A DNA stretch of 63,902 bases, the filler included, from Stramenopiles sp. TOSAG23-6 (taxonomy: Eukaryota): assembly GCA_900128565.1 (NCBI GenBank). It is 3 parts of 3 records of this genome, joined end to end, with 100 filler letters (N's around TTAATTAATTAA, not from the genome) between each part and the next. Parts side by side here need not be neighbours in the genome. Positions count along the whole stretch, not along the records: positions 24,747 to 49,286 come from LT636003.1; positions 49,387 to 63,902 come from LT636137.1; 1 more part is not named here. One strand, written 5' to 3'. A program made the translations under genes and the position numbers. Positions within the stretch are counted from its first letter, which is position 1, and every line of letters begins with the position of its first letter. The notes beneath the pieces were generated by a model. It made no database searches and had not been told where the DNA came from. It worked only from the letters and a program-made list of their open reading frames with translations. Below, piece by piece: positions 48,697 to 57,666 of this stretch.

Positions 48697-49226
48697 CTAT
48701 TTCCGCCGCTTAGTCTTGGATTTTCGAATAAAAGATTTGGCCTTTAAAGACGGCATTTTACCGTTAAAGAAACCAGAAAATAAAGAAATTTCCCCAGTCT
48801 TTTTCTTCTTTTTCTTCTTCTTTTTCTTCTCATTCTTCAAACCAGAAACGAATGCCGCATTGAGGTTCATCGCCGGCCACTTTTGCACCTTGCACAATTT
48901 TCTTTTTTTTTTGCCATTACTTTCAATACTTTTTACCACATGATTTTGTTCCTTCTCATGATGTAGGACACTTACACTTTCTGCTGGTGAAGATATTTTG
49001 AGTTTGTTTCGTTTTTTTCCATTTCCTTTAGTTAGTTTTGCTGCATTTCCAATAGGTGCTGCAAAATCCTCTTCCAAGTTTACTTCCATTTCATTATCAC
49101 TTTGTTTTTGTGCTGCAAAATCCTCTTCCAAGTTCACTTCCATTTCATTATCACTTTGTTTTTCTGCAATGTTTGATGAATTTTTAGTATTATCCTCTTC
49201 ACATGTTTCATTCATACATCCATTAG
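48697..49226 (-). CDS. 3'-terminal exon of a Lys-rich protein (upstream part lost in gap)
   Basis: Open frame after an introner 3' end; 54-bp internal duplication. Confidence 0.55.
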
Positions 49227-49286
49227 ATAAATTTTGGAAAAATATTTCAAAAAAAAAAANCTAAANTTNGTNAGTACAAATTTTTT
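49227..49286 (-). mobile_element. Introner-like element, 3' part, ending ...AAAATTTAT at a gap edge
   Basis: TTTGTAC..., GAAATATTTTTCCAAAATTTAT|ct aat; low-quality bases nearby. Confidence 0.7.
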
Positions 49287-49386
49287 NNNNNNNNNNNNNN
49301 NNNNNNNNNNNNNNNNNNNNNNNNNNNNNNTTAATTAATTAANNNNNNNNNNNNNNNNNNNNNNNNNNNNNNNNNNNNNNNNNNNN

Positions 49387-49447
49387 GTTAGGTACAAAAT
49401 TTCGTACGAAAAAAAAACTTCGAAATTGAAAAAAAAATAAAGCATAC
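49387..49447 (-). mobile_element. Introner-like element, 5' part, at a gap edge
   Basis: gat|GTATGC...TTCGTACGAAATTTTGTACCTAAC. Confidence 0.85.
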
Positions 49448-49921
49448 ATCAGAACACTCTTTTGAAGATAATACGTTTCGAAATATGACAAATCCCCATT
49501 CTTCCCAGAATTCTCTTGCAGCTTTTGTGTCTCTGATATCGAAACTTATTGTCCAGGAATCGCAATCCTGTGGAATGTCACGAGGTTTTGGATAATATTT
49601 CCAGGAATGTTTATCTGGTTGACTTGACCAATAACTAGAGCTGGGTAGACCTGTCACACGGAGCCTTGCTGCTTCTGAGGGAGTAAGATTAGGGTTAGGA
49701 TTTTTATTAGCAGCACGAGACCGTGCTTTTCGAATCTCTTTTTTTCTTGCTAACTTTACAGCAGAAAGATGAGTTTGTGACTGGCAGAGTTCCTTTCGGA
49801 GAGTCTCTATGGTACTACTTAGCAAAGGTTGTGCATCAGCAGCGAGAGCAAAACGTAATTCTTTAGCTGACTTTTTTACCCGCTCTACCGCAATATTATA
49901 CTCTTGATTTAAGGACTCCAT
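49448..49921 (-). CDS. First exon of a probable phytanoyl-CoA dioxygenase (PhyH)-like protein
   Basis: FWEEWGFVIFRNVLSSKEC resembles the PhyH N-terminal motif; the rest is lost in the gap. Confidence 0.55.
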
Positions 49922-50082
49922 CCAAGCAAATTACAACATGCAATAGTTTAATTACTAGTTGATAACAAATAAGAGGATACCCAAGTACATGCAATGAACT
50001 ACTGGGAAGTAACTGAATTGTACCTACAGTAGTAAATAGCTTGTATAAGATCGACTGACGTATAGGCTTCACTGACTACTAT

Positions 50083-50095
50083 AACCCTAACCCTA
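50083..50095. promoter_or_regulatory. Telo-box-like motif in a divergent promoter
   Basis: AACCCTAACCCTA between 49921(-) and 50215(+). Confidence 0.55.
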
Positions 50096-50214
50096 GTATA
50101 GGTATTAGCTGGTTTTGGAGCTTTTTTGAAATTCGAATACAATGATATTGCGATATTGCGATTGCATGCGTGACGTGAGTGACACTTTGATTTAAACAAG
50201 TTTTATTTCAGGAA

Positions 50215-51438
50215 ATGGCAACAAACTATAGCAAGTGGGATGCTTGGGCTGCGGAGCAAAATACTAGTAGTGACGACGAAGAGCAAATCGCTGACTGTGC
50301 ACAAAAACCTCCACCTCCTCCTATTGGTGGTGGTGGTGCACCAGTACTAGCAGTGGACCCAACCTTCACGATACATGTTCGTGATCCAAATAACGGCACC
50401 ATTGATCCTCTACCCCTTCGTGCACAACTTGGACGAGATGGATTTGGTAAAGCGTCGTTGGTTGTGCGATACTCTCTTCACATGGGTTTGAAAGCCCTTC
50501 ACAAGTGGGCCAGGCGGATGCTTCCAGCCGATGACAGTGACTTGGATAGTGCCGCTAAGATTCTGGCGGAAAGCGAAGACTGCATGTGGTGTATAGCTAC
50601 TATACCTGTACATCCACCTCATGAACGCGCCCTCCTTGGCCCACAAGACGCCTGCTTTCATATAAAGAAGTTCAAACAGGTGTTTGAAGCTCTCAAAGCC
50701 AGTGGCATCATTACAATTTTACCTGGTCGTACACATCAAACAGGATATTATCCCCCCTTTCCGATTGCACGGATAAATCTACCTCCACTCACTGATGATT
50801 TTGATGCTGAAGAGAGTGAAAAAAATATGTATTTGTTCAAAAACATGTATGACGATGATGGAATGTTCAGTGAAGAGAAACTTGCCCAGGCGCATAAAGA
50901 CTGGGATAATAAACACCTGAAATATGCTGCACTTGAGATATTGCCATGCACGTCTGAACAGATCAGCACAGCGCCTGATATTCCTGTATCTGGAATAAAA
51001 AATTGGCCAAAAAATTGGGAAGAAGAAAAAAACTTTCTTTGTAACAGAGAATTTTCAAAACCAATTCTATTCGGCTTTCCGAGCAAGAATGCTGTGAAAC
51101 CAGATTTCCAAGTTTATTTTGATATGAATAACACCACTGGACCAGTAAACCATATTGGTGAACTCATTTATAATGCGACACCTACTTACAAGAGAATGGG
51201 TAGACCTTCGAATGGGTTCCGAGGTAAACTTGTTGTTGTATATTCACCAACAAAAATGACTTGTTCTTCATCACATCCAGATTTATTCCCCACAGCCCCG
51301 GAAAGTAGTGCACCTCCCTACGGACCACCCTACGGACCAGAAGGAACGAAATTTTCCGTGGAAGATATTCAACAAATGCTATTCTTCTTCACAAATGAAG
51401 AAGAAGCTGCTGCTAAAAGTCGTACAATATTTTTATAA
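50215..51438 (+). CDS. Hypothetical protein (407 aa)
   Basis: Long ORF starting NYSKWD; no confident domain. Confidence 0.7.
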   Translation: MATNYSKWDAWAAEQNTSSDDEEQIADCAQKPPPPPIGGGGAPVLAVDPTFTIHVRDPNNGTIDPLPLRAQLGRDGFGKASLVVRYSLHMGLKALHKWARRMLPADDSDLDSAAKILAESEDCMWCIATIPVHPPHERALLGPQDACFHIKKFKQVFEALKASGIITILPGRTHQTGYYPPFPIARINLPPLTDDFDAEESEKNMYLFKNMYDDDGMFSEEKLAQAHKDWDNKHLKYAALEILPCTSEQISTAPDIPVSGIKNWPKNWEEEKNFLCNREFSKPILFGFPSKNAVKPDFQVYFDMNNTTGPVNHIGELIYNATPTYKRMGRPSNGFRGKLVVVYSPTKMTCSSSHPDLFPTAPESSAPPYGPPYGPEGTKFSVEDIQQMLFFFTNEEEAAAKSRTIFL

Positions 51439-51766
51439 GATAAAATAGATAAATTAAAACAGAATTTTAGATAATATTTGAATTACATGCATTTTGTTAA
51501 CAAATGTTGGTACTGCATTTAATATCAATAATTAGCTAATAATAATTTTAATAAAGACTTCTCAATATTTTACTTTTAGCTATATTTACTATGGTATTGT
51601 TGTTACCCGCAGTAATTGTCTCTATAGCCTAGCTAGGTAAATAAGGAATCTTATTTTTGTTACAAATGGCTAAATTTTTCTATGATTTCATTTATTTACA
51701 ATAAGTTATTTAAGTAGAACTAGTATCTACCATTTACACTATAATTTAATCAAGTTAAGGTGGGTG

Positions 51767-54700
51767 TTACTCTTCCTCTTCTCCAAATATCGCAATAGCC
51801 TTAGCAAATTTCGCTGTGACACGTTTATTTTCGGCTAACCAGGCATTTTCATCTTCTTGAATAGCTTTTGATATTGCTGTATCGATCTCCAGTTCAAGAT
51901 TTGTTTTTTCTTTGTCAGTTGCATTTGTTTTTCTCATTTGCTCTTCAGTAGCCAATAAAAGCGCCTGTAAAGCTCTTGTTGGTCTCGTACAGGAACTGTG
52001 GACACTATGAAGAACCTTATATGCTAGCTCAAATGTAAAGGGCCCAATGTTAGCCCACAGAGGAAGTTCCGGTTGTTCATCACTCTCAACACACACTGTC
52101 GATGTTGACTTATCCGTTTGATATTCTGTGCTAGTTGAAGTACTATCTGAAACATTTGTTGCCGATCGTCTTCTTCGTTTTGTACCATGACCTCGAAGTA
52201 CAGCGCGGTGATAACGTCTTAATTCCGGTATTGTAGGGTCAAGAGCTGTGTCACATCCGTAACACCAAATGGTGCCTTTTTTTAATCCAATAACTACCAA
52301 ATGACCACTACTTTTCATATGATCTAACATGTGGCGATTTGTATATCGACCGCAAAATACATTACCACAGAACAAGCATAACATATTTTCTTTTGTTTCT
52401 TCAGATACAGAAAGATTTTGAATTGAGTCACCTCTTGTTAGAATAGGTTTCGAAGAACGAATACCGCGACGACGGGAGTGTAAAGAACCAATATCAATGT
52501 CTTCAGAGTGCATTTTTATTGAAGATGCACACGTCACACAATTACGATGCACTAGGTTTTTATAGGCCTCTGTTTTAGACAGCAATGATTGTGATTGGAT
52601 ACCACTAATCGATGACTCCTTCCATGTACTCTTAATGTCTTGTACATTACTATTGTTTCGCTTTCGAGTTTTGCCTACAATCTTTTCTAGAGTAAGTCTT
52701 TGAAATAATACATCTTTTATATGAACACAGTCACTTTTAGCCTTTCCAATATGAGGTGTTGAAATTCTCTTTTGTTGTTCTTTAATTAAATTTATTCTAT
52801 ATTGAGGAAATGCTACAGACAATAAACATTCAGCTCTAAAAGCACTATAGGCTATTCTTCCTTCAGTAAAACATAGTTTTTTTGTTAAATCCAAGCTCTT
52901 CGCGGCATGCAATCGAGTAAGACCGAATGCACCAACATTACTCTGAAGTTTAGCCATTTCTTCCAAAAAAGACTTTTCGCGTTTTTGTTCCACCTCTGAC
53001 TCTATCCGCGATAAACGCATTGTTGCCTTTGTAAACGAAGCTGTTGCAACTGCCCTTGATTCAGCGCATAGCATAGATAGAACAGGATTGACAATTTTAT
53101 TCAAAGAATTCAGAATAATTTTTAACCCTTGAGCAATCTTGCATCCACTTAAAAGGTCTAGGGCTTCTGCAGCTTCTGCAACAGAATAAATATTGAATGT
53201 TGATGTGTGAAGAACTTGATGGTCTTCAAGTGAACTTACCCGTTTGTGCTCTATATTAGCTGCGCCATTTATTCTATTATATGCCTCTGCGTTATCTATG
53301 GCTATACCAATTAAACTGAGAACATAAAGACAAAAATCCGAAGCTGGTGCATTATATGCTTTTGAACTCGTAAGAGCAATCTGTATATCAGAACCATAAT
53401 CTCCAGAACCCAAGATAGCATCAATACTATAGCTACTTTTGTGCTTCTTTCGCCAAGCTGATATTTCTCTCAATCGATTAGCACTCAATCCACCTAGACA
53501 AACTCCACTTTCAGTATCATTTATGTCATTTAGTGATTTATTTATCGTACCACCAATACATTTTGAATCTTCATTTATGTCATTATTGCGTATGCCATTT
53601 GTCTCTGAATTACCTGTTTCCAACTGCTCCATGGCGTTCACCTTACCTTCCGTGTAATTTATAGTTGAATTCAATGATTCCAAAATAGTTCTATTATCAC
53701 CACTAGTGTCACTATCTGCATCATTATTCGAACTTTCCAAAATAGTTCCATTATCACCACTAGTGTCACTATCTGCATCATTATTCGAACTTTCATCGCT
53801 TTTTTGTCTTATATGAGTACCCTTTTGTTTCTTTTGTTTCTCACATGTGTATTGTATTCCAATTGAAGCTCTTTGTTTATCAGCAATAGCACAAAGCTGT
53901 TTTACCCTTATGAGTTTGCATGTTTTTTTGACACAACTATTTTTTGTACTATTTTTGCAACTAAATTTATGATTCGTACAATCAAAATTGGTTGTGATTC
54001 CAGGAAAATAATTAACATCTCCAAGATACAGGCCAAATCCAAAAGCATTCACTGAAAGAAAAATACTACCAGCAGTTCCATCTTGAAAAAGTTGGCTGGG
54101 AAAGCCCTTTTCAACTGTTGGGTCTAACACTACGATTTTATTACGTATCGTGAAAAAATATTTCAAAAAAATAATCGTTAGGTACAGAATTTCGTACTAA
54201 AAACAAAAAAAACAAAAAAAAATTAAAATGAAAACGTACACACGACATGAGCCAGAGATAATTTCGGAGACCGTAGTCAGTATCACGAACACTACATTTC
54301 GAGCCTGAGCGAGGATCTTTTGTACCACCCATTAATTTATGACCGATAGGATATATTTTTTTACCAGTACAAGAATATTCACGAGGATGCTCCTTCGCGT
54401 GAAAGAGTATTCCCATGTCATACGTACTTTGCAAGTACTCAGTAAGTACAGAATTTTGTAGCAATTTATTTTGAGTGACACCTTTTCGTAAAGAATCTCT
54501 TCTGTGAAGAAATAAATGTCCATGGTAAAGATCCCAACCTGTAAACTCGCAAGCCGTAGGTGCGTTGAATTGAATATGATGAAATAATGTAGCAAAAAAT
54601 TGTGCGCATTTTGGGTCTCTTAATTCCCTAATTTGTTCGCTTCTTCCACTAATAACGTGTTTCACAGGTGAAAGTAATGAATCTGGAATATTTTCATCTT

Positions 54701-55172
54701 TAAGAAAACTTTTAGCGGCGGCAACTAATCCACTTTCAACCACACTTTTGCAATACTCACGAAGCCCTTGTGGTACATCAGGAAGTTTTGTTGGTAGTTC
54801 GCAAATCCACTGAGGAAGTTGCTTGGATTCTTTGGCTGTAGGATTTATCTGTTGTTGCTTAGCTTCTTGATAATGATTTTGTATCGACCTAACTAATTTA
54901 TCATGAGCGTCTGTACTCTGACAACGACTACTGCCCCAACATACTGGCGTTGGATGCATGTACATATTACTCTTGACTTCCTCTATGATATTACTATTGA
55001 CTTCCTCTATGAGACTACCATTTGATTTAGAAAGGATGGTGTTCTCTAAGTCAATCATTTCATTCAAAGCAGCCTTACAAAGACGTTTTGAAAAGGAAGA
55101 CAGATCAGATTCCACAGTGTCTAATGCATCAACAATTTTTGTGTCCGTGTAAAGAGCATTAGATATTAGCAT
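51767..55172 (-). CDS. Protein with a C-terminal UBP-type (ZnF-UBP) zinc finger; exons 55172-54240 and 54142-51767
   Basis: CLFCGNVFCGRYTNRHMLDH..SGH...IWCYGCD. The ORFs join in frame across an introner. Confidence 0.78.
54143..54239 (-). mobile_element. Introner-like intron, GT...GT predicted, flanked by GT/GT
   Basis: tcg tgt|GTACGT...GTACCTAAC...CACGATACGT|aat aaa. Confidence 0.82.
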
Positions 55173-55271
55173 CTATCTCGCTGATCTACAATTTCGTGTT
55201 AATTGATTATATTTATTAGTTTTTGATTAACTTTTGACCTAGTAGCCTACGTACAGTTACATTTATCTAGC

Positions 55272-55285
55272 AACCCTAACCCTAA
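55272..55285. promoter_or_regulatory. Telo-box-like motif in a divergent promoter
   Basis: AACCCTAACCCTAA between 55172(-) and 55523(+). Confidence 0.55.
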
Positions 55286-55522
55286 TAAAGTTCGCTCAAT
55301 AATTGCAAGCTCAACTGGAATCTCAAGATCTTGAGATCAAGATCTCTCGTCGCGTGTGTTGTTATAGTTGTAAAAACAACGGATACTGTTTTTAGCAGTC
55401 TCTTAAGTCAAATTTCCATTGTAAATTTTCTTTTTTTCTTAGAATTCCTAAAGTAAAAGCGAGGGAAAATTAAGAAAGGTCAAAGAAACAGAGTTAGTGG
55501 ACAAAGGAAACCGGGTAAATTT

Positions 55523-56857
55523 ATGCCAGCTCAGCGTCGTAGAACATCTTCAGCTAGGAGGTCACCATATTCAAAAATGAACGGAGGAAACAGGCGTTCT
55601 TCTCACGCTGGAACGAACCAGCGTGTTTATATTGGGAATCTCCCATACAACTGCCGGTGGCAAGATTTGAAAGATTTTGCTATGATTGGAGGCGAAGTGT
55701 TGCGTGCTGATATTCTTCCTTCTGGTGGCGCCGGCGTGGTTGAGTTTCAAAGTGCGGAAGATGCAAAACGAGCTATTCCGTTGCTATCCAACCAAGATTT
55801 TGACGGAAAGGTAGTATATGCGAGAATATATGCTGACGAATATGGAGGAAAATCTGTCAAAAATGATGTGCAGGATACGTGTTTTTCAGTATACGTCGGT
55901 AACTTGGATTGGTCTGTTGAATGGCAGGATTTAAAAGATCACATGAGAGCTGCTGGTGATGTCGTACGTGCAGATGTATTCAAATTCAGGGATGGAAGGT
56001 CTACTGGCGGTGGTGTTGTGGAATATAGCAATGGAGGCGATGCATATGATGCGATAAAATTGTTGAATAATACAATGTTGAATGATCGACCAATTCTTGT
56101 CCGCGAAAATCGAGAAGAAAATTCAAGAACAGTTGGAGGTGTTCCCCTTAACGATAAGTATGTTTCGAGCAACGCGACTGTCGGGACATCTGTATATGTC
56201 GGTAATTTGGCTTGGTCCGTCACTTGGCAGGATTTAAAAGATCACATGAGAGCTGCAGGTGATGTCGTACGTGCAGACGTATTCATGTACGAGGATGGAA
56301 GGTCTACTGGCGGTGGTGTTGTGGAATTTAGCAATGGAGGCGATGCACTTGCTGCGATAAAACTCTTGGATAATACAATGTTGAATGATCGATCAATTCA
56401 TGTGCGCGAAAATCGGGAAGGAATTTCAAATACAAATGATTTCATTTCTAATTCCAATTCCAAATCCAATTCCAATTACAACTCAAGAAGAAGCCAAGGT
56501 AAGAGTAATACCAACAGATTCGTTGGCTCTCACCTAAAGCCATCGAATTCCCAACAGGATTTACGAAGAGGAAATCAAAGAAATTCAAGAAGAGGTGGGG
56601 GAAGAAGTGGGGGTAGAGGATGTTCGGTCTTTGTCGGTAACTTGGATTGGTCAGTTGAATGGCAAGATCTAAAAGATCACATGAGAGCTGCTGGTGATGT
56701 TAAACATGCAGAAGTTCTTAAATACAGAGATGGAAGATCCTCTGGCGGCGGAGTTGTGGAATATACAAACGCAGCCGACGCGCGAAATGCGATTAATACG
56801 CTCAATGATACTGAACTGAATGGACGTGACATTTTTGTTCGAGAAGACAGAGAGTGA
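55523..56857 (+). CDS. Gbp2/hnRNP-M-like RNA-binding protein with four RRMs
   Basis: Four VYVGNL.W...WQDLKD...G.V.RADV...G.GVVEF units ending in VREDRE-like motifs. Confidence 0.9.
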   Translation: MPAQRRRTSSARRSPYSKMNGGNRRSSHAGTNQRVYIGNLPYNCRWQDLKDFAMIGGEVLRADILPSGGAGVVEFQSAEDAKRAIPLLSNQDFDGKVVYARIYADEYGGKSVKNDVQDTCFSVYVGNLDWSVEWQDLKDHMRAAGDVVRADVFKFRDGRSTGGGVVEYSNGGDAYDAIKLLNNTMLNDRPILVRENREENSRTVGGVPLNDKYVSSNATVGTSVYVGNLAWSVTWQDLKDHMRAAGDVVRADVFMYEDGRSTGGGVVEFSNGGDALAAIKLLDNTMLNDRSIHVRENREGISNTNDFISNSNSKSNSNYNSRRSQGKSNTNRFVGSHLKPSNSQQDLRRGNQRNSRRGGGRSGGRGCSVFVGNLDWSVEWQDLKDHMRAAGDVKHAEVLKYRDGRSSGGGVVEYTNAADARNAINTLNDTELNGRDIFVREDRE

Positions 56858-56931
56858 TTTGAATGCTATATGAAGTCGTGTATAAAATTTTATTGTATTT
56901 TTCTTTGTTTTACCACAATTGAACTTTTTCT

Positions 56932-57456
56932 TTACATTTTCATTGTCTTAAAATTTCCCTCATCATTATCCTCCATTTGTATATTATCGAGAGGTGGAGC
57001 TTCAAGATCGCATGTGGTGAGTTCAACATGTCTGGACATTTGAGCCAGCATACACCAAGGAAGGAGGAATGATGATAAACAGTCTTGACAATCGTGTTTT
57101 TCAATACGAAAAACACGTCTCATTTTGAACCTCAGCAGGAGGAGAATTATCACGGAAAATATCCAGAATATAAATGAAACTAATATTCGATATTCATATT
57201 TCTTTTTAGCTATCACTGTGAATATAGTAGCTATTATCCATGGGAGAGCATTTAATAAAATCTGAATGAAGGTCCAGAGCCACTGTCCCGAAACACCTAA
57301 AAGTTCAAACCTCACTCTTTGAGCTAATCTTCCATATTGGCATGGAAAGCATACCGCTGAACACAAGCAAGAGGGTAAGTCATCTAAGCATTCGCAAATA
57401 TTTGATGAGAATTCCCCCTTTTTAGGAATTTTATCATAATGTGTTTTTGTTGACAT
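56932..57456 (-). CDS. PLAC8-family membrane protein
   Basis: FSSNICECLDD..SCLCSAVCFPCQYG; RFKMRRVFRI; DCLSSFLLPWCMLAQMSRH. Confidence 0.85.
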   Translation of the reverse strand: MSTKTHYDKIPKKGEFSSNICECLDDLPSCLCSAVCFPCQYGRLAQRVRFELLGVSGQWLWTFIQILLNALPWIIATIFTVIAKKKYEYRILVSFIFWIFSVIILLLLRFKMRRVFRIEKHDCQDCLSSFLLPWCMLAQMSRHVELTTCDLEAPPLDNIQMEDNDEGNFKTMKM

Positions 57457-57666
57457 ACGTAGCTAATCTATATACGGTATAGGAATTACACTTGTACCAA
57501 AGGGAATTTATAGTCTTACAACTTTACAATGTAAACACACACAAAAATACAAGCAGATCGCAGAGGAGCGAATAAAGCGTTAAATTTAAATTTCAAATTT
57601 AAATTTCAAATTTGAAATTCCATCTTTATTTATACCCTTTGCTTGTCGCCGTCGCCATAGAACTAG

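Noticed and set aside
49227-49447. Treating the two introner halves around the gap as one intron joining ORFs 49921 and 49215
   Set aside because: Donor phase 0 and acceptor phase 1 do not match, and the dioxygenase body is missing. They are probably different introns.
57580-57620. AAATTT[A/C/G] heptamer run in a divergent intergenic region
   Set aside because: Low-complexity AT repeat seen once, with no supportable function.
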